A stretch of 64,000 bases of DNA from Lytechinus pictus. Lineage: Eukaryota. How positions within the stretch are numbered: the stretch's first letter is position 1; every line of letters begins with the position of its first letter. A program made the translations under genes and the position numbers. The DNA lies in assembly GCF_037042905.1 (NCBI RefSeq), contig NC_087245.1:6140001-6204000 (forward strand). The letters run 5' to 3'. Shown piece by piece: positions 13,465 through 27,188 of the stretch. The notes under the pieces were generated by a model. That model was not told the origin of the DNA, searched no databases, and worked only from the letters and a program-made list of their open reading frames with translations.

Positions 13465-13555
13465 TTTATTTATTTATTTATTTATTTATATCTGTTTTCT
13501 TTAGAGAGTGTGGTCTCTTCAGTATAAAAACTGCTTTTCGAGAGAGCCCTGCACA
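13465..13555 (-). mobile_element. 3' end of a minus-strand LINE/SINE with an (AAAT)n tail
   Basis: (TTTA)n tract followed by a GGTCTCTTCAGT...ACTGCTTTTCGAGAGAGCCCT stem-loop-like terminus. Confidence 0.4.
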
Positions 13556-15829
13556 CGTAAAAATACATATAACAATCATGATACAGTGATGAACAATAAA
13601 AGTAATAAAACAGAATTAATCAAAACGAAAAACTACATGCTATGTAAAAGAAATGAAATTTAAAATCATACATATCAAATTAACAATACAAAATAGATAG
13701 AGTGATCGAAATGTAACAATACAATGTCGAATTACATGCACATACAATATAAACATAACAAGAGAAATATAAAGTTGAGCACTAGCCAATGCCTTGGGAT
13801 CACCTATAAGAATTGAAAATTCTGTCGAGAGGTTCTCCACATTGGCTGGTGCCGACATAGAAATACGTAAAATAGAAATAAATGTATAAATGTATAATCA
13901 AACTTCTATATAAATTATTTATGTACTTGGTGTTTTACGTAATATTGACACACACAAACAGACATAAAGCACACTGACATATCTAGACAAAAATTTGGAG
14001 GATGCCCCTTACAACAAAACATAAATAAGAGATAGAGATAAGAAAAAAAAGGAAAAATACAAGGTTCCACAACCAAGTCAAACAAGTAAAGGGAAAATGT
14101 GAAATACGATACCATTTTTTTGATATCATGTCGAATCCATCACAGACTTTAATTTTGGAAAGATCAGTATTTTATTCCATCAAAGTGAAAAGTATTCAGT
14201 GATCAAAGTTGAAATGACCAAAAGAAAGTAACCAACATTCATTTTTCAATACATCAATCTATTAAATATTCATCATCACAGTATTTCAAGTTCAATTTCA
14301 ATTCATTCAACTATATACATCAACAGAAACATAATTCAGGCACCATGTCAAAGCAAAGGCTTGTGATCGAGGGTAAGAAGAATATAACAATTAGAACATG
14401 AAATCTATATACACACAAATATATAAGTCAGCCCAAGTACTATACTACTAGGTGTTTGCGGTGATTTTTCAGTACATACTGTTATAGGAAAACGATAAAG
14501 CCCGGTGATTTTCATTGACAACTGTTATAAGTTACTGAACTCTGATTGCCTCAAGATGAAAAGTCAGTGAAAAGCGCTAAGCATTAGCTTCATGTAACAC
14601 TCCCCTGAAACCATCCTTACCTCAGCACCATGCTTGGTAGACCGACCCATTTAACGATCGATAACTATCAGGTATTTCAAGAATTATCAATACATTCATT
14701 GTCATATAAACTTCCGCCAATCGTTATTCGCATTCGTCTATACGCATTTTTTATTTAATCCAGAAGATTGCTGGTTATTTTTATTTCCAGACAAACACTT
14801 GTGACATAATCAGACACATTAAAATAACTAATGATAAGAAAATGTACTTTTTTCACATAAATACAGAAACGATACAGTGGAAAGAATATTATTTCGTTTT
14901 CTCTTCAACAAACGTATTTACGTCATTTGAGGACGTCTCTTTTTCTCTCTTCAAAAAAAAAAAATATTTATCTCTTACAGCTTGAATGTGCAGTTTGTGT
15001 GAATGTATACATTTCTTTGTGAATAGATACCTTTTCATTTTCTTATCAGAACATTTGCAGATTATGAACGATTTTTACGTTCAGGAATGGTTTTATTAAT
15101 CACAAATTATACAAGATTTAGGGCAATATTAGCATTTTTGTATTATAAATATAACTGTACGCTATTCGCGATTCTATACAGTGACTATATAACATTTCTC
15201 GTTATTAGGCCTATTCATGTTATTACAGGACTACCTACAATCCCGTGTAGATGATGATGATGATGATGGTGATGATGATGGTGATAATCTGGGGACAATT
15301 ACTTTACAGTTAAGATCAACTCTACAACATAAATTAGATGATCTATTTAGACCCACTGAAACGCTACATCCGCTAGCAAGCTGAGTTTCTTTATCGCTAT
15401 ATATGCTGTGTGATAAACTATGCACGTAGATAACGATAAAGAGCAAGCAATATCAACGTGGACATGTGATATATTATTATTAATCATAATGGATTGTTGT
15501 TTGTTTTATTGATGCATTTTGGCACGAGTCACGACATTTGCACATAATGGAATGATGATGATACTTATTGCAAGATAAAAAATCAATGTCACGCATTCAA
15601 ATATACGCATTTCTATCAAAAGTCCATATCATATATAACAAATATTAATGTTATGATAAATTTGTATTGTATCCATTATCAAAGATTATTGCAATGCGCA
15701 GTTGAGAACAGAAGTTGCGCAATATAAATGTACAATTATTATTATTATTATTATTAAACAACCATATTTATGCAGTGAGAGGTTAACCTTCATTGCGTAT
15801 GCTTTTGAAGCGTGAAGTTACATTGCTAA

Positions 15830-18800
15830 TTATTTGACGTTAAAAAAGTTAAAATGATCATACGCAAGATCAGATTTATCGGTTCTACCCATGTTATCAA
15901 TACATTCATATTCTGGACAAGCAACTGGACTCTCATTGGAGTTTGTCGACTCCAATGTGTGATACATGTTGCAAGATTGATGAATGTTAGATGATTTCTC
16001 ATTTTCATTGAATCCTTCAGTTTCAAGGATTCCCTTGGACACCTGGTCTGTATTCGGCCGACATCTTTCCTCAATATCACAGTATACTACGTCTTGAACA
16101 ATAGGGGCGATTTGAGGAGAAGAATCAGATTCAAAATTCATACCTTCTCCACAAAACCTAGGTTTATCTTGGTCTAGGTTGGTTTGACTTCTGGTTACGT
16201 CAGAGATATTTTCTGATGGTGACACATCTGAAGAACTTCGAGGTAGTTGGTTGCCACCCGGGTGTTGCCATGATTCAGTACTGGTACCTTCTTCAAGGTT
16301 ATTTTCATCTTTGTTTTTCGGGAAGCCATTATTCTGATAACGCTTGCTTTTTTTGGGCTTCACGTAAGGCGTAGACCCACCGGGTGCCTTCTTGGTTGTC
16401 TGTGTCTTCCCCCGAATAGAGGTAGGCGAATAGTGAATATTATTTGGCGTACAAGGCTTGTGGTACGTGTCAGAATTTCTCAGCTGATCAGTGCGTGTTA
16501 AGGTATGAGCCTTGCGTGGAGGTACAGGAGGTTTGATTAATCCACCCTTTGGACAGTCCGGGAGTGGTCGGTTCTTCATGGTGTGTGATTTAACACACGG
16601 TGGGATCTGAGTCAACTTGGTGGGTATGTCAGTGTAAAAATAATCTGTCCGTGATCCGCATCTGATGAGGTCTGTAGACGAATCTCGAGTGTCGTGATTA
16701 TCCTTGTTGACCGTAGCGCATTCAACCGCTGAGAGCATTGCTACAGAAGTATCTTCTCCTTTAACCCTACTCTGTTGTTCGTCTTGTCTGTTGGGTTCAG
16801 GTGGAATTAGGCTTACCTGTGATGAGTTGACATGTAGATGTTTTTCAGAAGTAGACATGTTGGAGCTGAGTGATATATCATCGCCATGACGAGTCGCTTG
16901 TCTTTTTCTTGGAAATGTCTTGGTAAATCCCAAACATATTTTTCGACAATTCTTTGACTTGCGGCATCTGTATCTGCATAATAGTTTTAAAAGAATGATT
17001 ATCATATTTTCCTTTTCGTCCTGTTTATCCTTCAAAAGTTACAACTTGCATCATTATATATTTATATAAAAAGTTTAAGATTTTGAGAATTGATTGGAAT
17101 TGAGCAATTATGTTTTTAAGAAAACATTAGGTTAAAATAGTGATCAAGTATGATGGTATAATTGAAAACGCAAGATATGATTCCAAAACTGTGTAAAGCC
17201 TTTTCTCCCCCAACGGTATTCCCATGCAGAAATAATTATTGTGCAATAGAGAAATCTTAGTTTGCAGTTAAGAAACAGGCAGATGTCATAATATAGACTG
17301 AACTGGTTCAGTTGTAGCAGACACAATAAATAATTTCATACCTTAGATACAAAATCACAGCAACGATTAATGAAAGAGAAACACTGATAGTAATCCGTAA
17401 CCGTAGCTGAAGAGGACCTTCCCTGTTGGGTTCTAAGAAGGAATAAAGTAAATATCAGATCAAATTTACTATTGCCTAATCTCGATATAATTCATAGAGT
17501 AAGAAAACTATTAATATCGATGGAAATGATAGGACCAATCAATTTGATTGTGATCTACATGTAGCTATATATACATGTTCATTCTATATACCTGAAACCA
17601 AAACGCTTTATGTTTCACTTTTGAAACAAATGCTCATAAAAAAATATGATATCATTTTAGTTTGAAAGCTGGAGTAAGAATAGAAAAGTTACTTTCTACT
17701 GACATGACTGAATGAACGGTATTGTCGAGAAGTATATGGTCCCCTATTACACAATCGACTAATAAAACAAACGATCTTTTAATATGAAAATACACCAAGG
17801 GTTGCAGCATAGTAGTTATTGTAATTTGCAGGGGAAAAATTAATTGAAATGTTTCTTCACAAGTAAAACGATGCTTAATCATCGGTGTCGTTATCATTTA
17901 TATTACGTCATGATAAACTCATATTTATGGTTTATTCTTTGTAGATTTCATAAATGTATTGTATTGTTATAACTCCTCTTCATTTATTTATGTAATCTTG
18001 AGTTGGACGTACTGTGAAACTACCGAATGAGACTGTCCGGTTTACCTTCTATTACTCATGTTACTAGTATAGTAACTAGTGCTGTTGATTTGTTTGAAAA
18101 GGGGATTAAAACACCGCCTCCTTACCACTTTCCGTTGTATGCGATTTTGACCTAATGTGAAAAGTGAAATACCGTCTTCACACGTACTGGCCACAAACAC
18201 CGCTACAGTACCGGAACTGTCCCGAGAATGTACCTGTGATATGTTTACTATAAATGTGGGGGTGTCGTGGTCTAGTGGTTATGACTCTCGTCTTTAAATT
18301 TGAATGACATGGGTTCGATTCCCCGCCTCAAGTATTTTTGGTTTATTAGAGTCGGTCACTTACGGGGTCACCAGCCTACACGTGTTTTGTTACGGAGGGT
18401 AAAAATCACCTGCTGCAGTGTGAATGGATACATGAAATCTATCCCGGGACTGTGCCGGGAATACAGTATTGGTAAGTTGTAACAATAATTCGTATAACTA
18501 AAAAAGGGGGGCTTTATATTTTCAAAATCATCTAAACCAAGCTATTTTGTTCCATCGCTATTTAGAACAAATGAACATGTAATATACCTGAAAGTTTTTT
18601 ATACACTGAAATAGTTTTTTGTCTTATGTATATCGTATGTTCTTTATGGTGATCATGTTTATACTGTATCGGGGCCCGTTTATCAATTGGTTAAATGTTG
18701 CGCCTGCGCTGCATGTATCGATTTTTATTTTAAATGGTACTATAATCAAATGATCTCAACTGAATATATCACGCACTTTGTGTTGGTTCTTGGGGTTCTG

Positions 18801-21800
18801 TTGCCCTCTGACAATCTGGAATCGTCTTGTCCCAATCTTGGCCCATCTTCGTGGAGACTACATTTGGTTTGCATTCGATGAATTCACTTCCATTAATGAC
18901 GTAACCAGTTTCACATGATAATTTGAGTGTAGAGCCTAGATGTGTGTAGTTTGATGACCACCATCCATGATCAACATCACCAGGGTGTTCACAGAACCCG
19001 ATAGTAGCTGAACGTGGAAAATAGAAAAAATTAGAAAATTAACACGAGAATTCACAACACTTTACAAATTTATCAATTTGTATTTATTTGTTCTGATCTT
19101 AACATTTTAACAGAAAAGAAATCAATGTGATTCATGTCATTTACTTTCAGACTTTAATTGATCAGCCAGTGATCTAATCATCACAATAAAACTAGTCTGA
19201 GAGTTATAACCAGGTTTCTGCACTTGTAATGTCAAATAATTGCAATTCTTTCTTTTTTCATAAAAAAATCCCGCATACAAGTTCTAGAGCAAGTTAGACT
19301 TAGTTTGGATTATCATATATTCCGAAACAATTATTAATTAGGGTTCCGTTTCAGGCATGTAACAAATGTACCATTTCAATAACTATTAGTCATTCAAATT
19401 GAGTGGTAGCTTTAAAGTATCATTGCACAATTATTATTACATCATGTTTAAAAAACAGACCCCTGATTTGTCATCAAAACACTCATTTTAATCCCGCTAT
19501 GTAGAAAAAAAACATGATAAATCTGAGGTAATCATGACTACACTTTATTTTTATTCAAGCGCAGACGAGGCCTAATTTGAAAGAAGACAGCTAGACCGTC
19601 TCTATCTTTAGACTTAACCTGTAATAATTCATACCATTGTAATGAAAGGCCCATATCTTAATGCCGTCTCCTACATGAATGTTGTATCCTGTTCGAGCAC
19701 ACATGCTATCGTCTGGATATTCAGTGTGGATCGAGGATTGAGAAACATCGAAACAGTAGCATCCGTCTCCCGTGATCGCTGCTAGTTCTGAGGATGTCAT
19801 AGAGCACGTGTGTATGCATTCATCTACGTCAGTGTCATTGGATCTCAGGTAGAGTTTGTAGTTAGTAGCAAGTGAATAGCACCCACGATATGCAAAATCT
19901 GCGGATCGTAAGAAATATTAATATACTATTTGAGTGGTTCACAAAAACAATTGATAATTTCATAAAACAATATGAAAATAACCATAAAAACACGAATGAT
20001 GTTTGCGATGCGAAAGTATCTATCCGCCCTTTCACACGGTAAAAAATATCGTAATTTGAATGATTCCAGAGTGAAAAGTAAGGCTAATGACGAAGTATCT
20101 AAATTAGCAAAAAATACTTACTGAAACATTGTAACCTGCTAGCTTTGGATGGCTCTTGTTGTGTCATATTCCAAACACACTGTTGAAGTAAAAAGTTTGC
20201 TGAAAAAAAAACCGTAGTGGAAAAAAAAATCTGATAGGACAAACAAGCTGTCACCAAATATCAATATTCAGCTTAGATTCTCTGCATGCTGATAATCGGA
20301 TTATCCGAAGAAAGTTGCAAGAATTTAACATCATAATGAAGCCTTTTCAACTGCTACTGTCAAGTAAAATTTTAATTGTCATTCATAACAACGTCAGGAC
20401 AATCCTACAGTATTTGCATTTTAAGTCAAATTCCTAATAATGTCAACCATTTTACCTGACACAAACACACACATTGTGTGTGGGGGGGGGGGTTGAGGGA
20501 GTCTGAGTGTATATATCGCTAAAATTATACGTATATATCAAAACGTGTAAGAATGAAGAAAGCAAAATATAAACATGACAAAGAATGAACATAATACAAA
20601 AGAAAGAAGAACAGTCGGAAATTTGATAACTGATTTTAATAATTTTTACGAACCTTCATTGATCAAACACAGTAGATATATGATGCATTATACTGATCGT
20701 AAGTCTACCACTATAATGTAAATAAATAACGATTTTTTTTTTTGGCAAGCAACTCTTTACTGATCAAGATTAAAACGTGTTAAAGCTCTATAACAAAGGA
20801 CCAGGTGCCAGTTATAACACTTTTACTTACATTTATCACATACGATGCTGGCACAAGTAGAGTCGTTGTATTGAATGTTTGTTTCATTTGTAAATTGATA
20901 GACCCCAGGGAAGCCTAGCTGTCTGCAGGTGAGCTCAGCAGGATACGAGTTTAAGCTTTCTGTGCAAACTGGAATCCATTGGCCCTGAAGACGAGGACCT
21001 CTAACATGTCTAAAGACCTCCAAGATTCCCTCATTAGCCTTCATACTGCTATTGAGTCTTACGTTTTTTGTTCTTTCTGAATGATGAGACAGATATTTAA
21101 CCTTTAAACTTCCTAACCAAATTTTGAGAAGAAAAATCTTTCCTTTTACAAACTATACAATGATACCTACTGTAAGTGGGCTTCTGGGTGCTTAACGAGA
21201 AAACAAAATCGATTGAACAGTGCAAAGGAGAACATGGGGAAAGGGTTTGCATGTCAAAATTTTGATTTTGACCCTATTTTGGCATCATCAATATTGTCCA
21301 ATTCTTCTTTCGAACACATCTGTTTAAATAGGGAGGGAACAAAATTATCATACTTATTTATCATTTTCACTATCAACATACGTAACAAGCCCATTTGTCA
21401 AAACTTGCATGAGTGTTCGTTTCCGAAAAGCTGCGCTCGATGCAATCATGTATGTGTCTAACGTAGTTTCCAGTGTTATTGCTGATATTGTTTAATTGCC
21501 AAACATACAGTATCTTGATACCATGCAAACGATGGCAGTGAGTACACCTTCGTGGAGTAGGCCAACATGATTACCATCAGCCTGATAGGTATAAGATATT
21601 AATTTATTCCGTCCAGAATTCATTTTAATCGTGTTTAACTGTTAAAAACAGACTTTACCCACAAAGGGCAGTACGGTGGCAGAGAACTTTCTAAAGTTGG
21701 TCTATTTGTTTTACTTATGATGGTTAAATCCCCCGGATTCGAAACGGTGTAATTAATTCTGATTCTAAAATATTACGAGGAAAGCCCAAAACGTAAAGGA

Positions 21801-23365
21801 AGAAGGATCAGTTCATGCTTATCTTCTACAATCATGACAATAATCAGTCATAACCAATAAATCATATCCAGCTCTGATAAAAAAAAATCATCTAAAGTAT
21901 AGTTTTTAATAGACCTATCGGTTTCTCCTATATGTTCTTCTTGAGCATGCGAAACATTTCACGAATGAGGCTTTTCTACCGTATATCATGGATTTTCATT
22001 TCTAGTTTTCTCTTTTTTAACAAACGACCACAAACTGAACAATTTGGTAAAGCACAAACCTGATTTATCAAAACAATGAAGTGCTAGATGGAATCCTGAA
22101 CAGCCTTCATTACGGTCTGATTGAAAAGTGACGCGAAGAGACGACCCTGTTGATAGAAAGGGAGGAACATTTAGGCCTGTTCCAGAATAGTTGCGGCTAT
22201 TGAAGGCCCTTTCAGGGTCATGTATGCCCAACACGTCATCAAGTTTTTCAGTATTGAAATCCTGAAAGAGAATTGCGATCTCTTTATTTGACGGTGCCGT
22301 GATATTCCACATGATGTTTAGGTTGTAGCCATAATTATTGGGATATCCAGGAGATGTCAGATTTGAAGCTGAAGAGTCATTACAAGTTAACCTCATCATT
22401 TCTCCTGTTAACGATACAGAAATCATACAATGTAATTTAATAGCACAATTATATAACATACATTCAATCAGTAAACATCGACACTTCCGTGACGATAGCA
22501 TATTCCATTTGAAATGAATTGGAAACACTTCCTTAAAAAAAAAAATTAGTCACAATCATTTTTCGGAATCAAATGAATTTTCATTGTGTTGCGATATTGG
22601 ACAAATAAGTAATAGAGAAATTGTTTGCCTTTTCTATTTAGAGGTAAATAGATCATACACTAAACAAGGCAAAAAATAACATATTTTGAAGAGTCAGTTC
22701 GGAAAAATCCAAAATTATGAAAATCCAAATAATCCGAATTGGCTGACAAGGTGTTCCTAAAGTCCAAAATGCTGGCGATGATGAAATTGATGTTGAAACG
22801 CGATGGATAATTAGTAGAGTCACTGTAACAAGTTGAAATGTCCGTGAAGACGAAATTGATGATGATGATGATGATAAACAATCGGTTTCAGCAATCTATG
22901 AGTTGACAAATGATTTTCAGAACAGGTTTATGATCCAGATGAGAACTGATAATTCCTCTTTCAAAATAACTCCTAGTATTCTAGTATTGTCTTTAAAAAA
23001 AAGAAATTCTCCTTCTTTCCTGAATAGTCCAGTTCTAGAAGACTCTTGAATGACCTCAGTGAAATGAACAAAATTTTTAACAAAATATAGCTAATCATAT
23101 GAATCTTTTTGCGTTACAAAAATACTTATCATCATTCTGTCTCATGCCTACATACCAAAGCTTAACTGAGACTTCTTGGAATATTCTTTAATCACATGCA
23201 ATGAATATCCTTAGAGAGAGAAAAAAGGAATGGATGAATGATTGAAATTTCTCTTACAATTTTTATATACAACAATTGTTACATACCATTTGAATTTTCC
23301 CATGGCAATTGCAAGATTCCAAAGATTATTATACCCAAGTATTTTCTCGATGCCATGTTTCCCAT
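15830..23365 (-). CDS. Type I membrane receptor: signal peptide-CUB-SRCR-WSC-Sushi/CCP-TM-long cytoplasmic tail (825 aa)
   Basis: Exons 23365-23287 (MGNMASRKYLGIIIFGILQLP), 22404-22060 (CUB: LTSPGYPNNY...GF), 21076-20831 and 20199-20122 (SRCR: VRL..EGILEV..W..VC..CRQLGF), 19898-19635 (WSC: YRGCY..C...C..CYC), 19007-18777 (Sushi: CEHPG..C..GY..G..C..W..P.C), 17432-17342 (TM ITISVSLSLIVAVILYL) and 16973-15830. All introns are GT-AG with compatible phases, giving 2478 nt of open frame. A small extra stalk exon between 18776 and 17433 cannot be excluded. Confidence 0.85.
18257..18325 (+). mobile_element. tRNA-derived SINE head (decayed)
   Basis: A box TGGTCTAGTGG and B box GGTTCGATTCC with no intact cloverleaf. 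Confidence 0.65.
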
Positions 23366-24679
23366 GCAGAGCCATTCATTTATAAACTCGATTTAGAAGA
23401 CTTCGTTGTGTCAAAGTAATGATTATTGCTGGTGGCTGAGATCCAATATCGATACTATACTCAATAACCATATACATGATATACGGATGTGCACAACTAG
23501 ACACTATCGATGATCGATGGCGTAACCTGGCATCCTCATCATGGGGCAGGCAAAATGTAGTAATGGTTAATAGATATATGGATACGGGTATAAATGGATT
23601 GTGGATGATTATGTCTGAATTAATTGAGTAAGATATTGATGATGTCAATCTCTTTCCATTCAGCTGATCCTCTCTATCAATTTAAGGAAGAAGTTCTGTG
23701 TTTTTAAACATTGAAATATTAAACTAAATTTATTTCTATAATATTCGGGGACGATCCGGGGGTTTCGAAAACACTTTGCAATGGGTCATGCTTTTTAGTA
23801 ATCATAGAAATAATTTGTCATAAGAAAGTGAATTGTACATTTGTGGGGAATTTAGGGGGGGGGTATTCATTTGGTCTGCAAGCAGCTGGTCTTCTTCTAT
23901 GATAGTCATATACCACGTGGGCTACACCTATTTGATCTAATTTCCGTTTGGTTTCACTAAACCTCATCTAATAACCACCAAGTCTAATTGCCGTTTTGTC
24001 TAATGCCCCGATGATTTTATTTCTATTTCGTCTGCCTTTGCATTTCGTCTAGGGAAAGTTGCACAAAAACAGTTTATCTAATCATAAAGACGAAGTGGCG
24101 TTTAGACCAATGGGATTTGAGACGAAATTGGCATACCCTAACTTGACATGCTGGATATTGGACAAGATGACATATGGACTATTAAAAATATTATAATTTG
24201 ACATTGATCACGTGGGATGAGACCAAACGGAAAGTAGACCAAGTGTTAGTATACTAGAACAAGTGGCAATTTACCAATGTGTAAATGAGAGTTTGGATGT
24301 GTGTGAGGGTGACAAACTAAAGGATATTGATATGGTATGTCATTTAATGAAAAAGGGAAAAGCAATTAAATTTATGAGAATAATCTTTTTCTTTCGTTTA
24401 CAAGTGGAAACAATGGAGTTGGTCTACAATGCCAAAGTTTATCACGGGATTATCAAAAATTGATAGCACATAAACCCAATAATGAATAAATACGGCCAGA
24501 AACGCAGACGAATATTGGAAATATAACACTGGCAGATATTTATATTCCTAAATGGTCATTCTCAAAACTATAGCATCCTTAATTTTGCAAAGTAATGTAA
24601 TTCCATAAAAATGAAGCTAGACAAAAATGTCTTGCCCATTGAGTACTTAAATAGTTAGCAGCAGTTGAATAGATAGATA

Positions 24680-25832
24680 GGGGAGATTGGGGTTAGTTGG
24701 AACGCGGGATAAGTTGAAACATTGTAATTTTCTTTAACACCTTTAAATAAATTTATGCAATACTGACCTCAATTTATTGCCATTATCAACAGCAATCCAC
24801 CATATTACAGACAACACATGTGCAACAAACCTGGTGAAGATAGAAAGGTATTTTTATATTTTCACCTTTTGAGTAATTTTTTTCTCTTTCAGAAATGTTT
24901 TATTATCTCAGAGAAGTTTATAGATCAAAATTGGCCAGTTTGGGGTATAATAGACACTTGTACCAAGCTACAAAATAAGGTTATTAATATACCATGGTGA
25001 AGTCCCTTTTTGTGCTGTAAGCTTATAAATGTCAAATGGGCATCTGGGGTTAGTTAGAACAAAATTGAAGGGGTTAGTTGGAACATGTTCCAACAAAAGG
25101 TTTGACAAAAAAACAAAGAAATACAAATTTAAAAACAAAAAATATATAAGAAATTATATTTTTTGAAATTTTTTGTGGGTATTTGTTATAAATGATTGAT
25201 ATTCTCACCAAAAATTAGCATTCTACTAGTTTAATAAATAGAGATAAAGGCAAAAACATACAAAACAAAACACATTTAGGGCACATTTCATATGCTTATT
25301 TGCATAATTAAAAAATATAAACAAGTAATTTGTGTCATGTAGATTTGATGCAGAAGTACATGAAATTGCTGATAGTATACTTAATTGCATAAAATCAAAC
25401 GCACACAAATACGCAGAATTATACTACACAGTCAGCTTGCGTGAGTGCCTGTATAATAGAAAACATAAAGTTCAACAAATCCACTTTTAATATTTTGAAT
25501 TTGAAAAAATAAAGCAAATAGGCTAAAACCATGTAATAATATACAATTGTAAGTAGTTTCAGTATAATTCTTAATTGAACATGCAGTGTTCCAACTTACC
25601 CCATACCATGTTCCAACTTACCCCGTATATGGGGTAAGTTGGAACGCTTGCGATGGTCTTGTTTGAGATGGATTTTTTTCAGGAACCATCATTCATAGAG
25701 TTAACAAATTTATGGGGTACATTTGACCCCCTTATATATGCTTCAAGCTGATGTATTGTTTCTCAATTAAAATCTATTTGGATTTTACAGCCATTTTTGT
25801 CAAAAATGTTCCAACTAACCCCGACCTCCACT
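24680..25832. mobile_element. Non-autonomous Tc1/pogo-like DNA transposon
   Basis: TA-flanked inverted ends GGGGAGATTGGGGTTAGTTGGAAC ... GTTCCAACTAACCCCGACCTCC, with the same GG(T/A)AGTTGGAAC-like motif repeated internally. Confidence 0.7.
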
Positions 25833-25953
25833 TAACACCTTCAAATTTATTCGAAAATTGTTCTGAATCTTCGCCGAAATATACATGAATTGTAAACCAT
25901 AAATCTGATCAAAGAGTTGACGAATTATATCATATGTTAGGATCTAAAAATAA

Positions 25954-26078
25954 GAGGCGAGATAGCTCAGTCGGTAGAGCTGGTGACCTGGGTTCGATTC
26001 CCACTTGGTGTGCTAGTGCCCTTATGTGAGGATTGCATCTTCATTACCAGGTCCCTCGTAGAGGACCTTAATCCGTCG
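25954..26078 (+). mobile_element. tRNA-derived SINE
   Basis: TAGCTCAGTCGG A box and GGTTCGATTCC B box with a deleted anticodon arm, followed by a SINE-like body (GTGCCCTT...GAGGACCTTAA). Confidence 0.65.
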
Positions 26079-27188
26079 CGACTTAGATCGGATCGATTTA
26101 GCTTTTATTTTTTTTTTTTTTATTATTTACCTACTGCTACTAATTAACAACAAATAAGGAATACGTAAAACTGATAAATACCGTTATTAAAAGATTTAAT
26201 CAAATCACTTCAATCATTGTTTTGCTTTCTTTTTATTTGTTTTACAATAATTGTACATGGAAATATATATGAATATTGATAACAAAATATAACTTAACTC
26301 AACAATAAATAGTTGACTCGAGCCCCCATCATCTCTTCTGGCCTGACATGCTCCACTCGGCCCTGGAGGTTGGTCCAGTGAATGTATTCGACGTCTATCT
26401 CTGGTTATCTATTTTGTTCCTAAATGAGCACATTTGACACCCTTTTTATCTAATGGATAATGTCTTCTTAGAGACTTTTCAGAATAAAGAACCTACTTCT
26501 AAGATTCTAACCGCTTTTAGTGTATTTTGGCTACCAATGAAAGTTTGTTGACCTTTCTCTGACCTTGTCTTGACCCTTAATATCTTCTGGATAAGGACCT
26601 CTGAAGATGAACTTATTAAAATCGAAAATAACAAAGTACACTCATGCAAAAAAGAAAAGAAAAAAAAATATTAGTTTTCTTAACACCTTTAGTGTAATTT
26701 GCCATATAACGAAAGTTCGCTGACCTTTTGACATTTCCGGTCATAACTTCTTTAACGGGAGGTCAAGAGTATAGGGTTATGTACACTTTTTTTGTTCAAT
26801 ATAACCATACAAACAATTTGATGTATGACTGGACACATTCGGGGCAATTCCAAAAATTGACCCCATTTTGACCCCTCACATGGTCAAGATGACCATGAGA
26901 TATTTGTCACCAAGTTGAAAGTTGTTCCTTGTGATGTCACCAATCACATAAAAGTGAAAAATCGGTCTTAGCCAATTTGTCGAAGTAGATAACAGATTAT
27001 GCTGCCTGACTATAAGCGATGTATACGGTATTCAGAACGAGCAAAATGTCGGGTTCGGTTTTTTTTTTAGTTTGGCAGAAGTTAGTCTATTTATGTAATG
27101 TAATCTTGTAATGCATACAATGAAAAAAAACTCATTCAATACAATGTGAATTTCAGGATCTGATTTCTTCATATAATCTCGGTACCCT

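Noticed and set aside
16974..17035. N-terminal extension of the 401-aa ORF
   Set aside because: It is intronic. The exon begins at the acceptor at 16973, in phase with the TM exon.
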